A stretch of 64,000 bases of DNA from an uncultured archaeon (GTDB taxonomy: Archaea > Asgardarchaeota > Lokiarchaeia > Sigyniarchaeales > SOKP01). A model generated the notes under the pieces. It saw nothing but the letters and a program-made list of their open reading frames with translations, did no database searches and was not told where the DNA came from. The translations under genes were made by a program, and so were the position numbers. The stretch is from the NCBI GenBank assembly GCA_964486045.1, contig CAZALK010000001.1, positions 160,001 through 224,000 on the forward strand, in the 5' to 3' direction. The number at the start of each line of letters is the position of its first letter. The first letter of the stretch is position 1. Of this stretch, positions 39,978 through 50,404 are shown piece by piece.

Positions 39978-40409
39978 ATGGATGAAACAGCTAAAAATGT
40001 GTTAAAAAATGTAGTAGGTGTAACTGATGAAGACCTGGCCAAGGTTCCACGGAATGTAGAGAAGATATTTGCAAATGCATCACGAGCGATGGGATATAAG
40101 CTCATAGCTGAGGTTACATCTTCCAAATACTGCTTCGCGCAAATCAAGGTAGGAGACAAGATTGTTTTTAACCCGTTCTTAAACGCGAAGGAATCAACTT
40201 GTCCTCTTTGCCCTAGGGCACTCATTCCTGTGCTTATTTCTGTGCAACAGGCTTGGGAACGCGGTATAGAACTTTATAGCAAAAACGTTGACGACATAGA
40301 TGAACTTAATGACTCTATCTTTGCTGGAATCGCTGGATGTTTGGATCCAGGGCTGGAAGGTGGAGGAATAGGCCATGTAAACTTCAAGATTTATAATGAA
40401 AAGGTTTGA
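39978..40409 (+). CDS. Cys-containing hypothetical protein
   Basis: GGGGTGA SD before ATG 39978; C...KVGDK, LCPRAL, CLDPG. Confidence 0.7.
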   Translation: MDETAKNVLKNVVGVTDEDLAKVPRNVEKIFANASRAMGYKLIAEVTSSKYCFAQIKVGDKIVFNPFLNAKESTCPLCPRALIPVLISVQQAWERGIELYSKNVDDIDELNDSIFAGIAGCLDPGLEGGGIGHVNFKIYNEKV

Positions 40410-40650
40410 TCTGAGTAAGATTTCTTAAGTAACTCAAAACTGCAAAAACAAATAAAATTAAATCCCTTTTTTTTATTTTTCCTCTGGAAAATGGTTTTAG
40501 ATTTCATAGTGAAGACGTAATTTTTTTCTTTTTCAAAGGAATTTTCATTGAAATCGGACTCTGAATTTACCTTTCCATCGACTTGTTAAAAACAATAAAA
40601 TCTCTCTAAATCGGGAAAAATCTTATCTATATAGAAATTGGCCTCACTAA

Positions 40651-40665
40651 TTTTTCTTTTAAATA
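40651..40665 (+). promoter_or_regulatory. T-run/TATA promoter element
   Basis: TTTTTCTTTTAAATA. Confidence 0.55.
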
Positions 40666-40712
40666 CTTTGATCTGGTTTCTATCCAAAAAATTGTGCAAT
40701 TATTTAAGTACC

Positions 40713-43307
40713 ATGAGAAAATATAGAATAATTTCAATCGTAATTAGCTTCATCCTCTTCTCTGGAGTGGTTTTAGGTTTAGTTACTTCAAATAAAAATT
40801 TTCAACCGCGTGTTACTTACACTCAGCAAATAGAGTACCTACAAACTTCAGCGGGAACCAATTTTCAGATCATTAATGATATATTTGACAATAAAGCGGG
40901 AAGTTACGACAATGACGGATTTTTCCCTCAACTGTATGAAACCTCCTTACAAGGGACCTACTATGGCCTTTCCATCTTAGATTCCATCTCAAAGCTTGAA
41001 GTTGCGAATAAATCTAAGATTATTGACTATATCATGAGCCATTACAATTCAACCTCAGGTGTGTTTACCGATGAATATTCCTCTCGATATTTGGGAACAG
41101 ATTTTTCCTATACCTATTACCCTCTATCCACACTTCTTGAAGTTAATGCTTATGCACTGCTCTCTTTATCGCTGCTAGGGAGTCTGAATTTAATTGATGG
41201 TAGTAAATCAATAAACTTTCTTTGGAGCTGCTATAATCCAGTATCAAGTGGATTTATAGGTCAACCATACGATCCTAATTTAAGAGACGAATTTAAAATC
41301 TCAACTATGGATAACACCTACTTCGCAATTATAACCTTAGATCTGTTGATGGCAAGCTGGTCAGGAAATATGAATCAGAAAAATGAGTTAATTGCCTATA
41401 TAAATTCTCTTCAAAATACCAATCCTATAGGATGGCAATATGGGGGATTTTATAATGATGATAATAGTAGTTTTAACTCGCTTGGCCTTCTCTTTGAGCC
41501 TAATATGTTATCGTCTTATTATTGCATAAAGAGTTTAGAAGTGTTTGGGATGGAAAGTAGCATTAATGTTGTCTCGTTTAACCAATTCTTAGATTCGCTG
41601 TATGATTCAGGTGTCCATTATTTCCGGATCTCGAAAGCTGACTTTTCAAATTTTACTAATGTAGTCGCTACTGCATTAGGGTTAGAACTATCACAAATAA
41701 CTAATTATCTGAATATAAATGAAACAGAGGTAAGCTCGTTTCTTTATATCAATAGAAACTCAGTCGGATTGTGGGATGGCTCAACGTCTATTCAAAAATA
41801 TGAATTAATCGACACTTTTCAAATACTCCGGTCAATGTTTAATGCGGGAAAAGTAGGAATGTTCAATAATGGTGATACCCAGCAAATGGTAAATAGTCTT
41901 TTCAGTCTATTTTCTGACAGTGAAGCCTTTTTTCTCATTCCAAAAGAGTATAATAGTTTGGATCTCACCCATACAATGGTACAATCATTTAATTTGTTTG
42001 ATAAGGTGTCGGATCTTGATCTTTTGTCATTATATTCAAGTATAACTGACTCCTACTATTATGACGATTATTTCCTATACGACGGGTTTATCTCCTATAT
42101 CAGTGAACAAGGTGATAATTTTCATATCGGATTCCGATCGTACCCTATAGAGTTTTATAGCGCGGGAAATGAAGATTATTTTAGCAGTATAGGAACTATT
42201 ATGTCGCATAAAGCAACCTATAAGGCTTTAGACTCGCTAAGAATGTTATTTAAATTAGATGATTTTGGATTGACCCATGATTTATCACGTCTACTCACGA
42301 ATATTGTTGATACTCAGTTTCTTAATCCCTCGTATCCCGATCAAGATGGAGCGTTTCTTTCTTTAATGGAATATAATCCATCCAGGGCAGAATTTCTAAG
42401 TAAAAGTATTCATCTGGAATATTCTTTTTATGCAATAAAGATTATGGAACTGCTTACAGAATACCTAGGTATTGGGGATATTACCTTCATAAACTTCGAT
42501 ATTGGTCAATTTTACGAGTATCTTTTGGGTCATACAGTAGAGACGCCAGAGATCCTTTACTTTCAGCCTAGTTATACAGGTAACGTCGATACTATTATAC
42601 GAAACACCTATTACATGGTTTACATCTTAAAAAGTCTTGATTTATACACTCTCAATAGTGAGAAGGTTGAGAAGTTTATTGAGCAAAATGTTGACTATAC
42701 CAGCATAGAAAACGTTTATTATTGCTACAAAATTATCGAATTACTAGATTCGGAGCTGGAATTAAGTGGTAATGACCTTCAAGGGCTAATCGAGGATCTT
42801 TATATCCCTTCTCTCTATGATTTCTATTCATCTCCTACTCATACGAAAATTAATCAGGAAATATTCTTTTGGATCTGTGATATGACAAAAAGTGACTTAC
42901 AAATCGTGGCTCAGTATGATGAAAACATAATATTAGGAAATTTTTTTTCCCTCTCAGCTTCCCTTTTTAACTTAGTTCTCTCAGATTTTGAATATAATCT
43001 TTCTTTTCGGTTTGAATGCCCTCAACTTGGAGCTCCCAACATAATGGATAAAGAAGAGGAGAACCAATTTACATTGAAAGTGCGTATTCCCCAACGCTCT
43101 ACTAATTATCCTAGTATTGAAGGAAAATTAGTGGCCTATGATGATACCCAGAAGTTAGTAGAAAAAACTATTTCAATTACGACCTTATACACTCAGAAAT
43201 ATTATCAAGATGATCTCAATGCCGCAGTAGTACTATCCGCACTTTTCTTAATAGTACCAGGGGGATTTGTTATAATTTCAACTAAGAAGACCAAAAAGTT
43301 ACGGTAA
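40713..43307 (+). CDS. large extracellular alpha/alpha-toroid (prenyltransferase/squalene-cyclase-repeat-like) protein with C-terminal TM anchor
   Basis: Signal peptide MRKYRIISIV..., repeated (S/G)GF and TY(Y/F)A..L.LL units, C-terminal TM plus KKTKKLR. Confidence 0.7.
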   Translation: MRKYRIISIVISFILFSGVVLGLVTSNKNFQPRVTYTQQIEYLQTSAGTNFQIINDIFDNKAGSYDNDGFFPQLYETSLQGTYYGLSILDSISKLEVANKSKIIDYIMSHYNSTSGVFTDEYSSRYLGTDFSYTYYPLSTLLEVNAYALLSLSLLGSLNLIDGSKSINFLWSCYNPVSSGFIGQPYDPNLRDEFKISTMDNTYFAIITLDLLMASWSGNMNQKNELIAYINSLQNTNPIGWQYGGFYNDDNSSFNSLGLLFEPNMLSSYYCIKSLEVFGMESSINVVSFNQFLDSLYDSGVHYFRISKADFSNFTNVVATALGLELSQITNYLNINETEVSSFLYINRNSVGLWDGSTSIQKYELIDTFQILRSMFNAGKVGMFNNGDTQQMVNSLFSLFSDSEAFFLIPKEYNSLDLTHTMVQSFNLFDKVSDLDLLSLYSSITDSYYYDDYFLYDGFISYISEQGDNFHIGFRSYPIEFYSAGNEDYFSSIGTIMSHKATYKALDSLRMLFKLDDFGLTHDLSRLLTNIVDTQFLNPSYPDQDGAFLSLMEYNPSRAEFLSKSIHLEYSFYAIKIMELLTEYLGIGDITFINFDIGQFYEYLLGHTVETPEILYFQPSYTGNVDTIIRNTYYMVYILKSLDLYTLNSEKVEKFIEQNVDYTSIENVYYCYKIIELLDSELELSGNDLQGLIEDLYIPSLYDFYSSPTHTKINQEIFFWICDMTKSDLQIVAQYDENIILGNFFSLSASLFNLVLSDFEYNLSFRFECPQLGAPNIMDKEEENQFTLKVRIPQRSTNYPSIEGKLVAYDDTQKLVEKTISITTLYTQKYYQDDLNAAVVLSALFLIVPGGFVIISTKKTKKLR

Positions 43308-43326
43308 CCCAACCTTAACCTCACAA

Positions 43327-43340
43327 TTTTTTCTTTATAT
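43327..43340 (+). promoter_or_regulatory. T-run/TATA promoter element (hef operon)
   Basis: TTTTTTCTTTATAT, 31 nt from ATG 43365. Confidence 0.7.
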
Positions 43341-43364
43341 TTATTTAGTTTTACTAAATCAGAA

Positions 43365-43976
43365 ATGGTTAATAGTGCTATTCAGGATAGTATAAAAATA
43401 AGTGATTTCAAAAATGGTAAGGTTGTGAGAATTCTTACTAGAGTAGTAAAGATGCTCGAAAAATTTGCTAATAATTATGAAAAACGCTTCAATTTTACTA
43501 AGTTGGCTCAATATTTAAAACTTGGTCCATTAGAAGTAGATAAGATAATTGGCTTAATTCTCTCCTTTCAAGAGCTGTTTACAAAAACCTTTAATACATA
43601 CCTTATTAGAAGAAAAATCATAGATAACCAATTATTTCTCATAACAGAGCGTAAAATCATTAATAATACTATTCCCAACAAAATTAATCTTTCGCTAAAT
43701 GATTTCAATCTTTTAAGCGATATTACTTATATGTTTAAATTTGTTAAGAGAGGGAAAGGATTTAATGTAAAAGCAAACGGTACTGAACTCCTAAGTAATA
43801 TAAAAGAGCTTTGGAATTATTATCCGTATTTTTTTGAGGAACATGAGACTGGTATTATGTATCCTTCGGAGTTTGGATTAAAACTTGGTGAATTAATCCT
43901 TTCATATAATAAAAGCGGTAAAAATATAGAGTCGATGCACTTAGATAAACACATAATAATGGTGGAAAAAAATTAG
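43365..43976 (+). CDS. hypothetical protein, possible winged-helix domains
   Basis: FNFTKLAQYLKL HTH-like segment; YPSEFGLKLG wing-like segment. Confidence 0.55.
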   Translation: MVNSAIQDSIKISDFKNGKVVRILTRVVKMLEKFANNYEKRFNFTKLAQYLKLGPLEVDKIIGLILSFQELFTKTFNTYLIRRKIIDNQLFLITERKIINNTIPNKINLSLNDFNLLSDITYMFKFVKRGKGFNVKANGTELLSNIKELWNYYPYFFEEHETGIMYPSEFGLKLGELILSYNKSGKNIESMHLDKHIIMVEKN

Positions 43977-46137
43977 CGAGAGTGAGAATCACATTTTAAA
44001 ACCAAAATCAATTGAATTTCGACAATATCAAGAGCAAATTGCCGAGAATTGTGTCAATAAGAATTCACTTGTGGTTCTTCCTACGGGTTTGGGAAAAACT
44101 ATTATTGCAGTACTAACAGCTCGAAAAATATTAGATTTGTATCCGAAAAATAGTAAGATAATAGTTTTAGCTCCTACTAGACCACTTATTTTTCAGCATC
44201 ACGAAACATTCACTAAATTCCTTCCAATATCAAAAGAAGATTATGTGGTATTAACCGGAAAGGTTGTCCCAGAAGAAAGGATTAAAATGTTTAAAAAACA
44301 TCAAATATTATTTTATACACCTCAAACATTGCGTAATGACTTAGTAAATCGAAGATATACCTTGGAAAAAGCAGCTCTTATCATTTTTGATGAAGCTCAT
44401 CACGCCTCTGGAGATTATCCTTACACTATGATTGCCGATGAGTATATTGAGCAAAATCTTGATGGAACAATTTTAGCATTAACGGCCTCACCAGGATCTT
44501 CAAAAGATAAAATTACCCTTTTGTGTCAGAATTTACACATTCCTTTAGAAAACATCCATATTCGAACCAGAAAGGATGTAGATGTCAAAAGCTATCTTAA
44601 ACCGATGGATGTGTATAAGATTGGGGTTAATTTAACAGCTTTAATGAGCGAGATTTATTCAATAGTGCTTGTAGTTCTCGAAGAGCGATTAAAATATCTT
44701 GCCCAGCTTAACTTTTTGGATGTGAAGTCAGAACCCTTATATAACAAAGTTATCCGCAAAGATTTACTCAAGCTTAATAAAGAATTAGTAGGAATAGTAC
44801 AAAGTAGTGGCGATAAAACAGGAGTATATAGTGCGCTGTCTATAAATGCCCAAGCTTTAATCCTTTACCACATGTTAGAACTAATAGAGCAGCAAGGATT
44901 AGATATTTTACTCATATATTTAGAAAAGGTAAATACAGATGCCCGAAAGAAAAATAGCTCTAAGGCTGTCAAAATTCTCGCAAGTGATACTCGGATACGG
45001 AGGGTGTTAATTGAGCTGAAAAAAAATCAAGAATATTCTCCTGAGAAATTGATCCATCCAAAGTATCAAGTTTTAGTTCATGTGTTGCTAGAAGAATTAG
45101 CAAATAATCCTCATACACGGATCCTGGTATTTGTTAAATTACGCGATTCAGTTAAGAATATAGTTAAAAATCTTAAAGGAGTAGGTACTATTAAAGCGGT
45201 AAGATTTGTAGGACAGGCAACCAAAGCTGTTGATGATAAAGGACTTTCGCAGAAGAAACAAATAGAAATATTAGGTCAATTCAAAGAAGGAGTCCACAAT
45301 GTCTTAATCAGTACAAATGTCGGAGAAGAAGGCTTGGATATTGCGGAATGTGATTTAGTAGTATTTTATGATGTGGTCGCCTCCGAAATTCGATTGATTC
45401 AAAGAAAGGGTCGAACAGCCCGTCATCGAAAAGGTCGAGTGGTAATTCTTTATTGTAAAGGAACCCACGACGAGGTCTATCTAAGAATTGCACTCAGTAA
45501 ATTAAAAAAGATGAATATCAACCTTAAAAACCCACAACAACTAAAAGAGTCATATAATGAAGACTATTCTTTGGATAATTTTGAAAATTCTGTAGTTTCT
45601 GATAATAACGTTACCTATTCAGAAAAACCTAAAAAAATTAAGCCAAAAAAAAAACCACACCTACAAGCTAACCTAAAATCATTTCTTAATACCGAAGATT
45701 CTCATGTCGTAGAGAAAGACCAAAAAATCAAAGATGAGGGTTCTCAAGTTAAAATCAGTAAAGGTCTTCCCATGAAATTTGGTATCCGGAAAAAATTACA
45801 ACAAGATAAAGCTGATTTTACTATTATAGATTCCGAACTTCACATTGTAATCTTCAACAAAGTGTTAATCCAAGTATACAATCCGAAAATACTTGTAGAA
45901 AATGAGTCATTTATCTCAGAAGTACAAGATCTCGGTGAAATTTGTGAACTATTCATAGTCGTATTTGATTTTATTGACTTATTTGAAGAATATGCTGGAG
46001 AAAAATCATTTTTAAAGAAGAAAGTAAAGGAATTTAAAAATAGGGTTAGTTTTCAGATAATTCCCATCGAAAATGAAGAAGAATTATATTTTGTCATTAG
46101 GAGTATATTTGAAAGTATATCTAAAGAGGGCTCATAA
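43972..46137 (+). CDS. hef: Hef/FANCM-like SF2 helicase; probable ATT start (track start 44071)
   Basis: Upstream in-frame IEFRQYQ Q-motif, LPTGLGKT, DEAHH, LTASPG, RFVGQA, GEEGLDI, IQRKGRTAR. Confidence 0.9.
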   Translation: MSESENHILKPKSIEFRQYQEQIAENCVNKNSLVVLPTGLGKTIIAVLTARKILDLYPKNSKIIVLAPTRPLIFQHHETFTKFLPISKEDYVVLTGKVVPEERIKMFKKHQILFYTPQTLRNDLVNRRYTLEKAALIIFDEAHHASGDYPYTMIADEYIEQNLDGTILALTASPGSSKDKITLLCQNLHIPLENIHIRTRKDVDVKSYLKPMDVYKIGVNLTALMSEIYSIVLVVLEERLKYLAQLNFLDVKSEPLYNKVIRKDLLKLNKELVGIVQSSGDKTGVYSALSINAQALILYHMLELIEQQGLDILLIYLEKVNTDARKKNSSKAVKILASDTRIRRVLIELKKNQEYSPEKLIHPKYQVLVHVLLEELANNPHTRILVFVKLRDSVKNIVKNLKGVGTIKAVRFVGQATKAVDDKGLSQKKQIEILGQFKEGVHNVLISTNVGEEGLDIAECDLVVFYDVVASEIRLIQRKGRTARHRKGRVVILYCKGTHDEVYLRIALSKLKKMNINLKNPQQLKESYNEDYSLDNFENSVVSDNNVTYSEKPKKIKPKKKPHLQANLKSFLNTEDSHVVEKDQKIKDEGSQVKISKGLPMKFGIRKKLQQDKADFTIIDSELHIVIFNKVLIQVYNPKILVENESFISEVQDLGEICELFIVVFDFIDLFEEYAGEKSFLKKKVKEFKNRVSFQIIPIENEEELYFVIRSIFESISKEGS

Positions 46138-46140
46138 GTA

Positions 46141-46659
46141 ATGGAACATGAAGGATGGGAAAAAGACCAGAATCCATATTTAATAGTTACTTGTTCGAAA
46201 TGTAAGCAGTATATGTATGTGAAGACTACACAAAAAACAAAAAAATGCTTAAGATGTGGACGTCAGCATAAGGTATCAGCAATAATAAGTTCAGGGGAAA
46301 TTGTGAAAGGAATGACAAAAGCCGTTGAAATAGTAAAAACTCGCCAAAATGAGCTAGCAATAAAAGAAATCGGAAATCCTCCTGAATTAAGGGCTACTGA
46401 TGATTTTATCGTAAGAAGTAGAATAAATAGTTCTTCTGAGGAATTTACCCCTTATGATGATAGTGATTTAGAGAGCAAGTTTAAGGAAATGATACATGAA
46501 ATTTCAATTTCATTTGGTGAATTTCCTTACTATATCCTCGAAATTATGGCAGAAAACTATACCATACCCCTCTCAGAACTAAGGATTTTAGTAAAGAATT
46601 CTCAAAAAGAAGGCTTCTTAATTCGTTTGAAGGATAATTTGTATAGAATAAAGCCCTAA
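46141..46659 (+). CDS. DUF1922-like zinc ribbon plus winged-helix protein
   Basis: CSKC..Y.Y....QKTKKCLRCG; C-terminal EGFLI....NLYR. Confidence 0.65.
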   Translation: MEHEGWEKDQNPYLIVTCSKCKQYMYVKTTQKTKKCLRCGRQHKVSAIISSGEIVKGMTKAVEIVKTRQNELAIKEIGNPPELRATDDFIVRSRINSSSEEFTPYDDSDLESKFKEMIHEISISFGEFPYYILEIMAENYTIPLSELRILVKNSQKEGFLIRLKDNLYRIKP

Positions 46660-46672
46660 GGCTAATTTATAA

Positions 46673-46903
46673 CTAAGTCTTGTTTTTGGTATTTTTAATA
46701 CTATCGCTAAATTCATGCAAGAGGATGGTCTTATATAAAGGATCTCTTCTATTGAATGGAATTTTCTCGCTCCCGTCATAGATGTATTGCTTATCTTTAA
46801 GAAAGAATAATGAAAAAGGAATTACAGCGCGTTTTAGATCGAAATAGTCTTCTTCTTTATACTCAATCTTTACAAATTTTTTCTCGATTGACTTTGAGCT
46901 CAT
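46673..46903 (-). CDS. small hypothetical protein
   Basis: ATG 46903 lies 33 nt from a T-run/TATA element; has a degenerate tandem copy. Confidence 0.65.
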   Translation of the reverse strand: MSSKSIEKKFVKIEYKEEDYFDLKRAVIPFSLFFLKDKQYIYDGSEKIPFNRRDPLYKTILLHEFSDSIKNTKNKT

Positions 46904-46927
46904 CTCAAATACTAAAAGAATCAAGAA

Positions 46928-46942
46928 TATTTAAAAGAAAAA
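46928..46942 (-). promoter_or_regulatory. T-run/TATA promoter element
   Basis: TTTTTCTTTTAAATA. Confidence 0.6.
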
Positions 46943-47031
46943 GAGACCAATTATAATCCTTACAAAAATGATGATGTGATTTTACAGCAAAATGGATTTG
47001 GAATTGAGTAAAAGAGTTAGTTTTATTAATC

Positions 47032-47141
47032 CTATAATTTAGCTGTTGCTAAATTCATGTAAAAAGACGGACTTGTATAAAGGATCTCTTTCTTTGAACT
47101 CATAAAGTCATACCACATCAGAAATATTTAAAAGAAAAAAA
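47032..47141 (-). pseudogene. internally deleted duplicate of the 46673-46903 gene, promoter retained
   Basis: MSSK start joined out of frame to RDPLYKSVFLHEFSNS (neighbour: RDPLYKTILLHEFSDS); element TTTTTTTCTTTTAAATA at 47125-47141. Confidence 0.75.
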
Positions 47142-47191
47142 CAAGTATAATAAGTGAAATATTTAATCAATAGAACACTTCTCTGAAACAA

Positions 47192-47467
47192 TCATCTTTT
47201 TAATTTGTTAATCAGTTTTTTTAAATAAGATTTCATAAAATAGCGTTCACTTTCGGCATATTCTAATTTCTGTTTCTTGGTTAAGTTTATACAGTTCAGT
47301 AATATTGCATGTACTTTCTCTAGTGTAAGGAGATTTTCATCAGTCTCTTTCCTCTCATGATCCTTTATTTGAATGTCACTAACAGGACTTTCCCGTCCAC
47401 TACTTTTTGGATCCTTCACACTTGAATATTCGCTGGGTTGACTCTCCCCATCAGTATTACCTGTCAT
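47192..47467 (-). CDS. hypothetical protein
   Basis: ORF directly downstream of hel308. Confidence 0.5.
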   Translation of the reverse strand: MTGNTDGESQPSEYSSVKDPKSSGRESPVSDIQIKDHERKETDENLLTLEKVHAILLNCINLTKKQKLEYAESERYFMKSYLKKLINKLKR

Positions 47468-47481
47468 GTCTCAATTAGCTA

Positions 47482-50022
47482 TTATTTGTTTTTCTTTTTA
47501 TCAGGTCCTTTAATAATTTTCTTACACAAATTTATCCCCAAGCCTGTTTTTTGGTTTAACATATAGGGATTTTCTTTCCTTACTTGAGAGGCAGTATGGT
47601 ATCCTGCTTTATACAATATTCTTGCTCGTACTCTAGCGACATCATTAAGCCGTAAGACCAAATCAAACAATTCCTCGCGAATGCCGTAATGAATCCGAAT
47701 TTTGAGAGTTTCTGCCATCTCTGCTACCTTAGTAAGCTTATCGTATAAATCTATTCCATGTGTACTTAAACTGCTGGCAATAATACCAATAAAATTAATT
47801 ATTCGCTCCAAATTGTCTCGTACTCCAAATAAATCACCAGCCATAATTTTATAATGATCTAATATTTGGTCAATAGGTTCCTCATCTGTCCACTCGAGGA
47901 TTGGTTCCACCATTTTATAGTCTCTTACTCTAAATTCAGATTTCAAGACTTCATAAGCTTCTTTAATGAGATCCTGGAACGTGGATATTTTGGCATTTTC
48001 TAGTTTATAACGGATCATAACCCCCGAAGACGGATAAAGGTAGAGCCTTATAATTAGCTTACCAAACTGGGAGCATTTAATCTTTCCATCACCAGTACTC
48101 ATAATAAGCCCCTTCTCGAACAGATAGTTAATGACATACTGGTTCTTAATACTTTGAGGGATAACATCTTCCATGCATTTTTGCACGTTAGAATCGGGAA
48201 AAGCGATAAGATACAGTAAAAATGCGGTAATATGGTCACAAAATTCAAATGCAAAATCAGTATCACCTGAAAAATTATCAGACACACCATTTTTAAACCC
48301 GCACGAGCATTGGATTCCCATATCAATATCGAACTGACAAGAATGTACTCCAAAACTAGTCTTAATATATCCCCCCAAAGTAGAGTTGGTACATTTAGTA
48401 AGTTTTATTTGATGGCGTTGAGATTTTAACTCATTTACTTTTTTCGGATTGGAATGCAATTTTAAAATGTTAACTGGAGTAATTTCTTTAATCATCAGTA
48501 ATTGTTCAATAGGAATCTTTTGCTCTTTCATATTATGGGAAATTGTGTACCAGAAATAGGTCTTCTCGAAAAATTCTTTAAGTTGTTCAATAGTTATCCT
48601 TTTACTCTCGAAAATTCTTAGTAACACCTGCTCTTTTAAGATATTAATTTTGTTTAACCGTGATTGTAAATTACTATATTTTGGGATCATCGCACTTCTC
48701 ATATGAGGGGATTTGAAATAATTATCCTCAACCCACATTTTCTCATCGATGTTTTTGACTAAAATTATCCCATATCCAACTGAATCTAAGCCTGGTCTTC
48801 CCGCCCTTCCTAAAATTTGGAAGACTTCATTAGGGGAAAAAGCTTTAAAATATGAAAACCCATCCCCATTTTCATGATATCCCTTAAAATTTTTAATATT
48901 GTAGCCTGACGTAGTAAACTTTTTGAAATCTCGTAATATTACCACTCTTGCAGGGGTGTTAATTCCCGCGGATAATGTCGTGGTGCAGCATATTATCTTG
49001 ATGATCCGCTTCTGAAAGTTTTCTTCAATTGTCTTTCTTTCTCGAGCCACCAGTCCTGCATGATGAAAGGCGATTCCCGAACTTAATATTTTAATTAGGT
49101 CTCGATTTCCGCCTTTGATAGAAGTTAATCGTTTCGATAAGGCCTTACAAACTTTCAGCTCTGCCTCTTCCATAAATTTAATAACAACATCTTTAAGATT
49201 TTGAGCGGTTTGTTGTGCTGTTTTTCGCTTATTTAGGAAGATTAGAATTTGTCCTTTATCTTTTAATATGGTTTTGACAATACGTTTGAGAGTAGAGTCT
49301 TTATTCTGGGAAACTTCAATTTTATAGTGTAGAGGTACCGGTCGTTGCTCAGATTTAATTAAAGTAGTCTGATTTCCAAGTGAAGAGAGCCACGAATTGA
49401 AAAACTCAGGGTTCGCGATGGTTGCACTTAAACCAATAATTTGAGGATTATGGAGGAATTCATTTAACCGAACAATAAGAGACTCAAGTCGCGGACCTCG
49501 ATCCGATTCTCCAATGATATGAATTTCATCAATAATTATGGTTGAGATCTCATAAACCCATTCTTTATCATAAAAATTGCGAATGATTGAGTCCATTTTT
49601 TCATAAGTAGTCACAATTATATCTGCTTTTTCCAGCTTCTTATCATCTACATCGTGATCACCTATGGAAAGCTCAACTTTAAGGTCATATCGGGCATAGC
49701 TTTTCTTAAAGTGGAAATATTTCTCGGTCGCTAATGCTTTGAAGGGTACTAGATAGATTGATTTACCGAACTTTTGGAAAATATTATGGATGGCACATAC
49801 TTCTCCTATGAGAGTCTTGCCACTACCAGAGGGAGCACATACTAAAAATGATTTGCGAAAGAATAGGCCTTTTTTAATTGCTTCTTTTTGAATTTCTCGA
49901 AGTTCAAAAATCCTATTTTCGAACAACACCCGTAAAATTCGTTTATCAGGAATAAACTTAGTAATTTCAGCATCCTCTAATGAATCTTCTGTGATTTTCC
50001 CAGTGAAATTTGTAAGACTCAT
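47482..50022 (-). CDS. hel308: Hel308/Hjm (Ski2-like) helicase with SWIM-like zinc-finger insertion
   Basis: APSGSGKT, DEIH, SAT, HHAGL, TLSAGIN, GRAGRPG, RVRARIL; CSC..FCDH insert. ATG 50022 fits the promoter (track start 50130). Confidence 0.88.
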   Translation of the reverse strand: MSLTNFTGKITEDSLEDAEITKFIPDKRILRVLFENRIFELREIQKEAIKKGLFFRKSFLVCAPSGSGKTLIGEVCAIHNIFQKFGKSIYLVPFKALATEKYFHFKKSYARYDLKVELSIGDHDVDDKKLEKADIIVTTYEKMDSIIRNFYDKEWVYEISTIIIDEIHIIGESDRGPRLESLIVRLNEFLHNPQIIGLSATIANPEFFNSWLSSLGNQTTLIKSEQRPVPLHYKIEVSQNKDSTLKRIVKTILKDKGQILIFLNKRKTAQQTAQNLKDVVIKFMEEAELKVCKALSKRLTSIKGGNRDLIKILSSGIAFHHAGLVARERKTIEENFQKRIIKIICCTTTLSAGINTPARVVILRDFKKFTTSGYNIKNFKGYHENGDGFSYFKAFSPNEVFQILGRAGRPGLDSVGYGIILVKNIDEKMWVEDNYFKSPHMRSAMIPKYSNLQSRLNKINILKEQVLLRIFESKRITIEQLKEFFEKTYFWYTISHNMKEQKIPIEQLLMIKEITPVNILKLHSNPKKVNELKSQRHQIKLTKCTNSTLGGYIKTSFGVHSCQFDIDMGIQCSCGFKNGVSDNFSGDTDFAFEFCDHITAFLLYLIAFPDSNVQKCMEDVIPQSIKNQYVINYLFEKGLIMSTGDGKIKCSQFGKLIIRLYLYPSSGVMIRYKLENAKISTFQDLIKEAYEVLKSEFRVRDYKMVEPILEWTDEEPIDQILDHYKIMAGDLFGVRDNLERIINFIGIIASSLSTHGIDLYDKLTKVAEMAETLKIRIHYGIREELFDLVLRLNDVARVRARILYKAGYHTASQVRKENPYMLNQKTGLGINLCKKIIKGPDKKKNK

Positions 50023-50048
50023 AGTACCAATACTATTTGGACTGGAAT

Positions 50049-50068
50049 AATTTAAAGGAAAAAAAAAA
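50049..50068 (-). promoter_or_regulatory. T-run/TATA promoter element (hel308)
   Basis: T10-CC-TTTAAATT, 34 nt from ATG. Confidence 0.6.
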
Positions 50069-50404
50069 GTTAAAACAAACTGATTATTGTTGGAAAGGTA
50101 TTTCACTAATTTATTTAGAAATATTCTCAAAAATAAGTAAAAATTTATGTCAAAGAATAATAAACATAATATAACACATAGGAAAAAAGCCCTATCTCCC
50201 TAAAAATTTAAACTCTTTCACTTTTTACTCGGGTAATACCTTAATTTAACCCAATTACACTAAAAATAACCAATATATTTTCTACCAGAATTTTAAAGCG
50301 TGTTTTTCATAATACCAAGGTTTATTAAATTTAATACCATCTCTTATATGCTTGAATAGAGATAATTCAAAGTTCCAAGTATAAAATTATAATTTGGTGA
50401 AAGT

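Noticed and set aside
50023-50130. N-terminal extensions in the ORF track for hel308 (also at 40638, 26408, 46924)
   Set aside because: They translate through the T-run/TATA promoter or its spacer. Downstream ATGs fit the promoter spacing.
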